Of a stretch of 64,000 nucleotides of DNA, positions 1 to 13,020 are shown piece by piece. Source of the stretch: the human T2T-CHM13v2.0 reference genome, Homo sapiens; NCBI RefSeq assembly GCF_009914755.1, contig NC_060926.1; one strand, written 5' to 3'. Within the stretch, counting starts at the first letter, position 1. Each line of letters opens with the position of its first letter. The notes beneath the pieces are model-generated. The model saw only the letters and a list, made by a program, of their open reading frames with translations. It was not told the origin of the DNA and did not search any database. A program made the translations under genes and the position numbers.

Positions 1-985
1 TTACACTAAGATAAAATGATATAGGTAGGAAAATACACTTGTTTACTTACTCAGGATATGTAAGTTCAGTTAATGTCATGCACATGTCCCATTAAAGTTA
101 TATAACTAGATTATGTAACCTTTAGAAGGTCACCTTTTTCATAAAAGCTAAAACCTATTTTTTTTTAACAGATTCAATCCCCATTTTCTCAGCTAAGTAA
201 ATTCAAGATCTATAATATCTCCAAAATGAAGCAGTGGCTAAAAAATATTTGATTACATAAAACTTTATAAGTTCTTTCCACTGGTTTCCAAATTAGATAT
301 GCTAGTTATATAAAGTTAGTGGTTTTCTTTCAGGTTTCATAAGGCTTCATCTTTTAAACAAAAAGCAGCACTTTTGATAACTATTTTTAGATAATTATAT
401 TTCTGATTCTCTTGAGATATTTTATCTCAAGAGAAAGATGTTCATACCTGCCCACCAACTTTTATAATAGAGCAGATATTTTCGAAAAGTCTTATGTTTT
501 CATCTGAGTATCAGAATTTTTCCTAACCAGCCACAACAATAAGATGCATAACATGTTTTCCTTTGACAACACAGCTATACAGTTCTGTGATCTACTCAAA
601 GCCCCTTATATTAATGCCTTTTTCCAGAAATTTACTTTCCTGGCACACTAGCATTTAATCACTACCGCATAATGAACTTTACATTGTTTTAAGAACTCAG
701 TGCAAATTTAAGCAACAGTTTTTATATTTGGCCATTCACCACATTCTTTCTTTCTTCTTTGGAAGGATGTTCTCCTCTTGATTGCTACTACAATTATTAG
801 TCAAAAATCTCAAAATTAGATTACTTCATGTGTTTACCAACCAACATTCTCTTGGATTTTCTCAACCACCTTCTTCATCCATTTTATTCACAGCTAACAG
901 TACCATCTAAATCTAAACTTTCAAAAGGTAAGATTTTCTCACGGTTCTCACTGCCCACAGAAACAGCTACAAAACCTTTCTTTTA

Positions 986-1290
<305 letters not shown>

Positions 1291-1835
1291 ACCTTTCTTT
1301 TAACATCCACAGTCCAGTCTCCACAATTGGCCCCTTGCTTATCCACCCCATCCTTAATGCAAAGACTCCATCAGCCAGTTTAATAACAGTTAAACCAGAC
1401 AACTACCACATTCATAATTAGTAGTTCTTTATGCTGTTCATACCGTCACCCCCTAACTTCTTAATATCTCCTTTTTTTACCTAAATCTCACCTACTACTT
1501 AAGGCCTGTCTCTGGCACTACATTTCCCACCAAGTCTTCAACCTACATCATTAATCTCCCCTCCTCTGGTATTCTGTAGTACTTTGTTTCATACTAGTGC
1601 CACCTCAACAAATTCTAAGTTCCTTGAAAGCATCATTTTAATAGCCCTCAGTCCCTGGCATAATGCTTGAGAAAATCTGAAAATACTTGCTGAATGGTAC
1701 GAACACATCAATGAACATCAAAAGTTTCAGATGTAGTAAACATGTATTTTCTAATACGCAGCTCTTTACATCGAATTGTTGTCAATGAATCCATTTTTAT
1801 ATCCATTTTTAAACTTTATTTTTACTTTTAAAACT

Positions 1836-2050
1836 TTATTTTTAATTGACAAATATAAATTATATATATTTATAATGTACATAATGTTTTAAAATATGTA
1901 TACATTATGGAATGGCTAAATCAAGCTAATTAAAATATGCATAATCTCACATATTTATCATTTTTTCTGATGAGAACACAAAATCTATTCTCAGCAATTT
2001 TCAAGAATATGTTGTTATTAACCATCGTCACCATGTTATACAATAAATCT
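1836..2050 (-). mobile_element. L1MA 3' end fragment
   Basis: TTTTAATTGACAAAT...TGGAATGGCTAAATCAAGCTAATTAA...AGCAATTTTCAAGAATA. Confidence 0.7.
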
Positions 2051-2894
2051 AATGGAAATTTTGTAACTTTTTTTACATTTTACACATTATGAATATTTAT
2101 AAAGCAGGTTACTATTGAGGTATTTTAAGTCAGCTGAACAAGCATAGAGGCAGAAGAAGTGTAGTCTAGAGGGAACACACAGAAAAATTGTGATTAAATA
2201 AATACATGTTAAATTACTAGAATAGGGTTCAACATGGGAATTTCAGTCTACTTTCTGCCATTCATTTGCATAATTAACATTACATCTTTATCTATAAATT
2301 GGCAGTGCTTTTTTTTTGCTATCAATCTGAAGATGGTTTTTAAAACCTGAAAAAATATACATGAAAGCAGTACGGTATAGTATAGTAACTAAAATTAGGT
2401 TTACAATCATTATATCAACTTTTAGGTTCTAATTAATTAATGCTTATAAATAAGGCTCTTGGAGGGCAGGGAGAATCCCATTATGAGGAGTTATTATATA
2501 GCTTTGAAGAACTAAGAGACAAAATTAGCCACCCACTGTGCTTCCTATTTTGATTCCTGCAGGGTTTCAATCCCTAGCATATAACACAAAGACCCAGATA
2601 AAATCATTCTATTATGTAATGGCATATAGTTAAATGCTTCATTTCCTTTCTGTTTACAGCTCAAGCACTAGACCATAATTATGATTAGTCAGAGTACTTA
2701 TGCTATCAGCATTGTTTGAAGAATAAATTATAGGACTTAACTATGCTCTATTAGTATCTTTTAATGACAGGCAGGGAACCATTCTGATATGCTGAAATCA
2801 ACATTTTGCCACGGGAGATTCTTAGTTTCTTCTCATACTTGGATTTTTAAAAGTACTTTAGAAAAGAATTGCTCTAAAACACAGTGAGCTTCTT

Positions 2895-3180
2895 TTATTT
2901 TTATTTTTTGAGAGACAGGGTCTCACTGTCACCCAGGCTGGAGTACAGTAGCCATCTGCGGCCTTGAACTCCTAGGCTCAACAGATCTCCTGGCTCAGCC
3001 TCCCAGGTAGCTGGAACTACAGGCTTGTACCACACCTGGCTAATTTTGCTGTTGTTGTTGTAGAGACAGGGTTTTCACTATGTTGTCCAGGATGGTCTCA
3101 AACTCCTGGACTTAAGGAATCCCTCTGTCTCAGCCTTCCAAAATGTTGGGATTACAGGCATGAGCCACCATGTCCAGCCT
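2895..3180 (-). mobile_element. AluJ
   Basis: Diverged antisense Alu dimer. Confidence 0.85.
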
Positions 3181-4089
3181 TCTTTTTTAGTTGCAACATG
3201 CACTATTCTGTTACTGGAGTAATAATACATCATTTTAATGTAATGTCATAGACTGTTATAGTTGTCATAGTATGTAGCGAAAGAAAACGTAACTATCTTT
3301 TTTCTTTGTTCATTAACTTATATGTCTTCTCCTTGCCAGCATTTCCTGTGTTACCTGTAAATTGGACAGATGTGGAACAAATGCAGTCTTAAAAAGGACA
3401 TTTCTTATAACCCATGATCGATGCTTGTCTGTGAGCAAGAGAGTGGGAATTCCTTGGAGAGGCCAGGAAACAAAAGACAGAAAGGTCTTCTCTCTGGGGA
3501 CAGTATTCTTTCTCTGTTCACCGAGAACAAGGCCAGAAGGCAGATGGGCACAGCAGCAGTAATAAGTTACCTCATCAGGCAGCAGATACTCACCCCTAAT
3601 AGTTCTACATCACACCTTCCAACGTCTAGATATATGAAAAAGCACTCGTCTAATATATTGGTTTTTAGCAAAGTTATATTCTACAACTTAATATTACAAG
3701 AGCTTTTGTTATTGTGATTTAAAAAAACAAAAACATAAAAACAAAAATTATACCTCGAAATCAACAAACAACCATCAGGGAAATTTGGGCTGGCACACGG
3801 CTAGAAACATAATTATTACCAGATTCACTGACTTAATGTGGGACATAAGAAAAGCAGTGATAAAATGGCTGATTACATTTTTTATTTGGAAAGTCTGCCT
3901 CAATATGACAATAGATTAACTATTCTAATAGGTCTTTTTCCACTACTACTCATTTTATGGAATATTTTAGAGGAAAAAAACCCTTTCATTTTTTCTGGAA
4001 CTAGTATATTACAAGGCTGGTTGGGTCTTCTGAAAATTGAACTGGCACATTATGTAACTGCATGGCATAAGAGAGTGCCCAGGATTTGC

Positions 4090-4270
4090 AACCAGAAGAC
4101 CTAGGTTTGGGTGTCAGTCACCTGCTAGTTGTATGACCTGGGATAAAATAATTAAATCTCTGTAAGCCAGTTTCCTTATTTGAAAATGAGGATAAAAATA
4201 TCTGCCCTACCCAAATGAGATAAGTATATAAGAAAGTACTCTGTAAACTACATAGTTATAAATGTTAGTT
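4090..4270 (+). mobile_element. MIR
   Basis: GTATGACCTGGGATAA...CTCTGTAAGCCAGTTTCCTTATTTGAAAATGAGGATAA. Confidence 0.6.
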
Positions 4271-4809
4271 CTATTTCATTATCGGCTCACTAATCTATGG
4301 GAGCATGAAACTATATACTTCTAGTTTATGTCTAAAGATACATAATATTTGTCAGATATTTAACACTGTGGTGCCGAGTCAGTTCTAAGGTCCTTATACC
4401 ATAAATACCTTGAGAAATTTACCTTATTAATTCTCCTGAGGAAATGGACAAACATGTTAACTCCTTGCTGTTTTCTTTCCAAAAGTCTTTATTTCCTTTT
4501 GAAATTCAATAACCTTAAAGGAACACCTATCTAGTTTCTGACTATTTGTAGCTCAATTATCTATGAGCCCAGTTTTTCCTGTCTCTTAAACCTCCAGCTT
4601 TACTGACAGTTATTTAACTTCTTAGGTGTTTCTCTCTTTCTGGTAACAAGATAGAGGAAAGTCAAAAGTAGAGACAGAAGTGAAAAGTATAGTTAAATAG
4701 AATCTTTTTGGTACCAGCAGTGAAATAAGTTGGGGTTTGAGGGGAAAGGATAAAACTGCTAGGTAAGAAACTTGAAAGTTAATTGTAGATTTCAATTGTA
4801 TCCTTCAAT

Positions 4810-5083
4810 AGGCTCAAGTCTCTGCTCAGAAGACATATCATCAGAGAGGCCTTCATTGACCACCCTACCTCAAATAGCACCTCCACATTCCTATCCTTCT
4901 ACGTGACTTTATTTTTATGGCCCTTGTCACCACCTGACATGATTTTAATTTTATTATTCTCCCATTACAATGTAAATTTAATATGTGCAATAACTTTGTT
5001 CACAGCTATAATCCCAACAGTCAGCACAGCCACTGGTACGAAACAGTTCCTTATGAGTGAGTGAATGAATGAATGAATGAATA
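4810..5083 (+). mobile_element. L2 3' end
   Basis: CAGAGAGGCCTTCATTGACCACCCTA ... (TGAA)n tail. Confidence 0.7.
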
Positions 5084-5429
5084 TATCTATAATATTCAAG
5101 TCCTCATACTTGATAGATGATCAAAGTATATATAACTTTAATTTAAAATATAAAAAAGTAATTTAAAATATACATTTTCTTGGTGACAGAGTGTTCTGAA
5201 ATATAGAATGTTTCCTTTCAAGATATGTCAATATCCCAAACTGGTACGTTTACTGTTTCATTAGTAAAACATATACACATAGAAACATAAAATTAGGCTG
5301 CTGAAAGAGTCAGAAACATAAAAAAGGAAAAGTTAGAAAGGTAAAAAAGCTCTCACCATTTTTTTTCTTAAACAAGAAATTAACTGCAACTAAAATACAT
5401 TAAAATTTTGAATAACAAGCTCAAAAACA

Positions 5430-5748
<319 letters not shown>

Positions 5749-6156
5749 TGATATAAAATAATACATATTCTAGATGGTAGGAAAAATAAATTCCTTTCAC
5801 AAACACTTAATAATAACTATTTTTATATAGACATAAATCTACTTTTTTAACATAATTTAAATCACAATTGGATCCTTTCTAAAAATTAAGCTTCTTTCAT
5901 ATGTGCTTACCGGGAAGAAAAAAATACAATTAGGACTGTTCACAGTGGTTATTAGAATATGACCGTTTATTTTAGGTAGATGTTTAAAGGATCCTCAAAC
6001 TCTGAAGTTTAGGAAAAACTATGATTCATCCTAAGACATATTTGAGAAAAAAATGAAAAACTTCTTAGATATGAGAGTAAGAATCTGTTACTAACAAATG
6101 CCTAAATAAATTAAAATTGAATTTTTTAAACACTTGAAAAATAAAAATTAACTTAC

Positions 6157-6616
6157 CTATAGGGTATCCCAATGCAAAGTCATTACTTTGTGTAGCAAAA
6201 ATAGGGAATAGTCCAGCTTTGCTAAATCGACTATCAGGACTGGCAACCAATAAGGTTAATACACATACAATGAAAAATACAGAAGCTTTGGCAATTAAGA
6301 TACTATATAGGAAGGACCAGTCCACATTGGAAAAATTAAGTACAACCATGTTTTTGAATAATAAAGCTGGAAGTGCAAATCTGGAGACAAAATTTCCTAG
6401 TCCTTTGGCCTGGGTTGATGTTATGACATTGGCCCTTCCTGCTATGTAGCCACAAAGGACAATGCCAAAGCATTCCAGTAAGGCTGGAAAAAGCCTTGTA
6501 ATTGACATTGAAGGTGGGTCATTAGTGGAATTAAATCCATGCGTTACTGCTGTAGGCAAAGTCTTGGTCATATTGACTGCAATGGTTAAGTTCTCTGCAG
6601 GTAAATTAGAATTCAT
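6157..6616 (-). CDS. GPR155: GPR155/LYCHOS (lysosomal cholesterol sensor) first coding exon, codons 1-153 plus 1 nt (phase-1 donor); later exons lie left of the window
   Basis: Translation MNSNLPAENLTIAVNMTKTLP...RLFPALLECFGIVLCGY...QSNDFALGYPI matches the GPR155 N-terminus. Acceptor polypyrimidine+CAG gives exon start 6647 (31 nt 5'UTR). Donor ATAG|GTAAGT at 6157/6156. Confidence 0.97.
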
Positions 6617-6718
6617 TTTCTCTCACCCTCCAACTCCAACCAGATCTCTGGAAAGAAAGGAAGAAAGATTCAGTATGGCCATCAACAAGAATTCTAGTTG
6701 AAATAATACACTGGCAAA

Positions 6719-6808
6719 CCTAGATTTGTTTACTTATTAAATGGCCAAATAAATATACATACCCCTAGATTTATTTACTTATTCAATGGCCAAATAAATA
6801 TACATACC
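6719..6808. repeat. 45-bp tandem duplication
   Basis: Copies 6719-6763 and 6764-6808, 2 mismatches. Confidence 0.9.
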
Positions 6809-7214
6809 ATCAGGGAAAATACAATGGAAAAAAAAGTGGGGGGTTGCTAACAATAATCGCTTCACTCTCAAAGGCAGGTCAGCTCAAAATATTTATGTTG
6901 CTAAGTTCTATACTCAGTATTAGACATGAGTAAAATAAGATCCGCAAATATTAGAGCTGCAGTGATGCCCTGTGGTTCTCTCCAGTGATTCTCTCCATCA
7001 ATTGAGCTCCGCCTGGTGGATAAGGGCATCGGGCACACATAGTCTCCGCTGAATGTCCCCATGCATCCAAATTCTCTGGAAATTTCAGAAGTTCTCAAGG
7101 CTACATTGAGGAGTCACCCAGGGACCAGAGTCCTTTCCAGCCCGTGGTCATATTTGAATATAGGATGGGAAGAAGGGTATAGTAGAGCACTACTAATCAA
7201 CTTTAAACCAATAA

Positions 7215-7460
7215 CTTTTTTTTCTAAAGACAGGGTCTTGCTCTGTCTCCCAGGCTGGAGTGCAGTGGTGCAATCTCAGCTCAGTGCAACCTCTGTCTCC
7301 TGGGTTCAAGCGATTCGTGTGCCACCACGCCCGGCTAATTTTTGTATTTTTGTAGCGACATGTTGCTTAGGCTGGTTTTGAACTCCTGACCTCAGGTGAT
7401 CTGCCTGCCTCAGCATCCCACAGTGCTGGGATTACAGGCATGAGCCACTGTGCCCGACCT
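7215..7460 (-). mobile_element. Alu (internally deleted)
   Basis: Antisense Alu consensus. Confidence 0.85.
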
Positions 7461-7469
7461 GAACGAATT

Positions 7470-7610
7470 AACTTTAACTTTTCTGTGTCTCACCTTCTTC
7501 ACCTGTAAAATGGCAATAATAGTAATACCTACCACATGGGAACTTGCGATTATTCCACTGAAGTCTTTATAATCACATCTGGAACAGAGTAATTACTTAA
7601 CGGAAGTTAA
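7470..7610 (+). mobile_element. MIR
   Basis: TTAACTTTTCTGTGTCTCA...CTGTAAAATGGCAATAATAGTAATACCTACC. Confidence 0.6.
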
Positions 7611-8249
7611 ATATAACTTTTGGTAGAACATGAGAGAGAGAAAAAAATGACGACCTCCCACCAATATACCTTTAGCTCCTTCTACACCCGCCACACACAC
7701 TGGCCCCAGGGACTTTGTGCCACAGGGACTTTGCACATTCAGTTCACTCAAGTGTCACGGAAGCAGGGACTATGCATGTTTTTGCTCAATGTTGTGTCCT
7801 TAACATCTAGGACAGTACCTGGCATACACGAGACAGAAAAAAAAATTTTTTTTAATGAATAACTATAATTACTTATACTTAAATAAACCTTTTACCCTTT
7901 CATGGATCAATGTTCTCTTTCAGGCACTATTTAGTTTACAGACAGAATTTTTTTTTGTTTTCTGAATGATAAAGTATTATAAGTTTTCCACTACAGCAAC
8001 AGAACCAAGAACACAAAATATGTCTAAAGGTGTTCATGAAATGTTAAAAAATACAAAATGTTTTGTAAAATGTTCTAAAGAGGTTCAGAAAATGCTAAAG
8101 CATGGAACAAATTCAAAACACGAATAGTACAATAATTATCAGACCCCCTCTTGCTGCCAGGAACACAATGAACATGAGGTCTGGATAACTCTAAAGCTAA
8201 TCAGCTTTTATTAGTATCTTGAAATTAAAATGACGACAATTGCCAATTT

Positions 8250-8548
8250 CTTTTTCTTTTTTTTTCAGATGGAGTTTTGTTCTTGTTGCCCAGGCTGGAG
8301 TGTAATGGCGTGATTGCGGCTCACCTCAACCTCCGCCTCCCAGGTTCAAGAGATTCTCCTGCCTTAGCCTTCCCGAGTAGCTGGGATTACAGGCATGCAC
8401 CACCATGCCTGGCTAATTTTGAATTTTTAGTAGAGACGGGGTTTCTCCATGTTGGTCAGGTTCGTCTCAAACTCCCAACCTCAGGTGATCTGCCCGCCTC
8501 GGCCTCCCAAAATGCTGGGATTATAGGTGTGAGCCACCACGCCCAGCC
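8250..8548 (-). mobile_element. AluS
   Basis: TSD ACAATWGCCAATTTCT. Confidence 0.9.
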
Positions 8549-9311
8549 AACAATAGCCAATTTCTAAGTGATTATTCTGGGTTTACCATCTAAAGTAGAC
8601 TGATATAAGGTAGAAAGTAAAAAGCTCATGCTTCCAGAAATTTACAATGCTCAGGTTAAGTCCTCAAACATCTATATCACATTAAAAAGACTTAGATGGC
8701 AGCCCAGAGATCACCAACAACTGATAGCTGGCGTGGGTACAAGGGAATTTTCTCTGTGCTACCCTTGTATAAACCGAACCATTTGAAAACCTTATATTTA
8801 ATCTGGATTAGGACAAGTATTTTCCTACTAGGATTAGATAGCAGTGGTCAATATAGTACATGAAACCTACACTACTCACATACTTGAAGTTTACCAAATA
8901 AGCATCAAATTATATCTTGGGAAAGCTACCGGTTGGTACAGATACACATACTTGAAGTAAGGAGCTGGTAAACAATTAAACAAAGGCGTTAAACATTTGG
9001 AGCCCTTAAGACGGTGTGTACTTGGAAAGGCAGTGCTAAACAGGAAAGTGATAAATTAATCCAGTCTTCTGTTCACTTTCAAAAGTGCCTAGAGTATTAA
9101 TAACTCATTCTGCTTATAAGCCCTTACTTGTACAACACGAGCATGTCAAGGCATTCCAATAATATTTTTTAACCAACAGTTTAAACTAGCAGAAGTTCAG
9201 TGGAGAGTCAAACAGATTCTGAGCTTTATGGTTTATCAACTCATAAGTTACTTAGTCTTTCTGAACCTTTGTTTCCTCAACTGTAAAATGAGAGTAAAAA
9301 CCTCCCTATAG

Positions 9312-9583
<272 letters not shown>

Positions 9584-9851
9584 GACCTCCTTAGAGGGAT
9601 ATTGTGTGGATAGAATATTTTATATACAGCTTATCACAGAGTAGGCCTTCAAAAAACGGCAGCAATTGCTATTAGGAACTGTTGTCTTACTACTAATAAT
9701 GATAAAAAAGTAAACATGTTAGTTCTTCAAACATAACTGGTAAAAGATCCACCAACTAAAAAAAGAGGGATGGGATGCGTCATAAATTTATCAGTTTTTG
9801 TTTTATACCAAACAATTAAGATAAGTTGAATTTAATTTGGTTTGATAGTAA

Positions 9852-10374
<523 letters not shown>

Positions 10375-11299
10375 TTAAAAGTTTCATTTCATCCTAATCT
10401 TTTTTAAACGGGAAGATAATATGCTTTCTAAAGCATATTTTAAAATGAACAGGAACCACAGCAAGGGAAGTTTTAAAAAAAAAATTACATCCAGCCTTTT
10501 TATCTATAAAAACAAAGCTTGTTACAGAACAAACACGTTCACAGTAAAAGACCACTCGCTGAGGCACGAACTGAAGAAATGCTACTGTACTTACAAACCG
10601 CTTCTAGCCACATCACATTTGGCTTAGATCACATAAACGAACCACTGATACTGTAAATAACTGCTATTAAGTGAAAATGCGGGGGGAAGGCGAGGGTTGA
10701 CTAACTTCATAGAGAAAGCTTTAAACTCTCAGGCTATTTCTCAAACATCCAACATCCTTTATCCCGTGGGATAAGTGTAATACAGTGTGGTACTATTAGA
10801 GCACTCTTCAACATTAATAGTCGCACCATTCACCCACTCCTACCTACTTGCAGGGCGCCAAATGTCCTCCCTAGAGACCCAGGGTAGGGAGCGCTGAGCA
10901 CTGCCTCCTTGCCTCGTCTGCAGGGACAGACTGTGGCCCTCCAAGATAAGGGGCGCAGAGAGTTCCTAACCGAATAGGCTGCTCGGAGAGCAGCTGCCAG
11001 CCAACCCCTGGGAAGGCAGCTGTGGAAGTGGAAAGGCAGCCAGGGGTCTTTGCCTGGCGTAAGAAAAAGGTGGTCGCTAGTCTTCCCAGGGCACGGGAGT
11101 CACAACGTCATGGTAACTAACATACCCCAAAAACGGGTAAGGGAGAAAATTTGGCGCAGTGCTCCAGGTGCCTGGGCAGAAGCCTTCGGAAGGGCCAGAT
11201 ACTGAGGGTACCCTCGGGATAAAGGGAAGAGTCTAAGAAAGACAGGGTGGACGCCCGTGCAGTGAGGAGCTTCCCAAACTAGGGATGGCAGTTCTGTCT

Positions 11300-12200
11300 C
11301 CGGAGGGGACGAGACACCCCCTCCCCCGCGCGAGCCTTCCCGGGTGATCTCACACGTTCCACAGGCAGGCGCTGCGGGGCAGAGACAGCAGGTCCAGACA
11401 ACGGGCCGCGGGGCCAGGGCGCAGAGGGTCGGCGGCTGCCCACGTGCCCAGGCCTGAGGGGCAGAGGCAGGGGTACCCCGTGCCCGCAAGGGAGAACCAG
11501 GACCCAGCAGGTCCGCGCTCCAGGGGCCCCTCTCACCTGCTTCGTCTGCAACCTTGGAGTGGCGAGGAGAAGGGAGCTGGTGCTCGCAGGGTGCCAAGCA
11601 GGGAGAAGACCACCGTCATCTCCCGCCCCCAGCCCTCTTCGCCGAGCGCAACCGGGTGCCAGCTGCAGCAGCTTAGGCACGTTCCGATAAAGTAAGGTGG
11701 GGTAAGCCGATGCGGCCCTGTCAGCTCAGCCCCTCGCCGGCCGCGAGGCCCCGCCCCCGCCCCGCCTTCAGGCCCCGCTCCCTCCCAGCCCCGCCTTCAG
11801 ACCCCGCCCCCAGCCCCGAACTTCCAGCAAGACGGGCCGCTTCCCGCCCTCGAGCCCCGCCCATTTCCAGGAGCCTTGAGCCCAGAGTCTCCGTCCCGCC
11901 CTCAGGCCCCACCCACAGCCTCGGGCCTCCGAGCCACACGTTCCCCAACCCCGCCTTCAGTCCCCGCCCCCTCCTCCAGCCTCGGAGCCCCAGTGTACCC
12001 GGCCCCGCCCTGCCGGCTGGGAGCCTCCCAGCCGCGATCCTCCGGGGCGGGACTTCCGGCTTCCCTGCTCCCACAAAATGGTAGCCGCCGTGGGGGATGT
12101 CCAGTTTTTTTTCCTCTTCCCAAGTACAGACGCAGAGCAGACTTGTCTTTCCGCTTAACCTCAACCTCGTGTGATCTGCCAGTTTCGCTCCCGGTTAGCC
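11300..12200. promoter_or_regulatory. CpG island promoter of GPR155, probably bidirectional
   Basis: High GC and CpG density; many GC boxes (CCCCGCCC); ETS ACTTCCGG at 12052-12059; YY1-like CAAAATGG at 12074-12081. Confidence 0.9.
11537..11750 (-). other. GPR155: GPR155 non-coding first exon (5' boundary/TSS approximate)
   Basis: Strong minus-strand donor GCAG|GTGAGA at 11537/11536 inside the CpG island, 4.9 kb upstream of the coding exon acceptor. Confidence 0.75.
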
Positions 12201-12495
12201 CAGGACTTTTTATAGCATAGAGTTTTAAAGCAAGGGCTTAGAATCAGACCTGGGTCAAAATCCTGCCTTCCACCTTCACCAAGGCAGTGTGACCTTGACG
12301 TTCCTACATAAGAGATTAAAATGTAAACCCTTAGCCCTGAGCTTGTTTTAGAATCTGGGCCCCGTCCATGACTGCTTCTATTCTATTGCGGTACGGGGGT
12401 GGGGTGGGGGTGGGGAACTACATGCATGTCCACTCAGTATACTGAAACTGGTTACATTGATGGAAAACTTCCAAAGCTTCTTGAAATAAAGGTAT

Positions 12496-13020
12496 TGAAA
12501 CTATCCTCACAGGGTTTATAAGAATTCTGGACAAAAATATAATTAAGCATTAATCAGGCTACACTTTGACCCACTTCCTTGTAACCCGAAAGTCGGGTAG
12601 AGCTAGATAGTACATTTGTATCCCGTTGTCCCTATAGATAGGCTTTCTGATGTTAAGAGTCGTAAGGCTTTTTAAGAATTGCTTAAAATGTTTTTCAGAC
12701 GCCAAATTCCAGCGAAACAGCTGATGCCAGCCAGCTTGAAGACCCCTGCCACAGAAGAAGGGAATCAGCATGAGAATACAGCTTCTTCATCTCGCTGTCC
12801 CATGACTTCGCCCTGTACTCTTCAGCCAATTAATGATCTCCACACTTGGGACCACTCTAAAACCCTTAAGAACCTGAGACTCAAAGTCCTCCTGGAGACG
12901 AATTTGAGGTTTCCTCCTATCTGTGTTTGGTGGCCCTATGATTAAACCTCTTTCTCTTCTGCAACCTGGTGTCCCAGTGTATTAACTTGCCATGGGCATC
13001 AGACAACAAACCTATATATA
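12496..13020 (+). mobile_element. ERV1 solo LTR (LTR45-like)
   Basis: Starts TGAAACTATCCTCACAGGG; ATTAAA at 12941-12946; 4-bp TSD GTAT at 12492-12495 and 13021-13024. Confidence 0.8.

Noticed and set aside
6065-6616. 183-aa ORF as a complete single-exon protein
   Set aside because: GPR155 similarity ends at the canonical donor 6157/6156; the last 30 codons are intronic
6901-7150. Unique, slightly CpG-retaining intronic stretch with small ORFs
   Set aside because: No convincing splice-site pair or protein similarity visible
11100-12220. Overlapping 70-165-aa Pro/Gly/Arg-rich ORFs
   Set aside because: Expected from stop-codon scarcity in a CpG island; no recognisable domains; several use non-ATG starts
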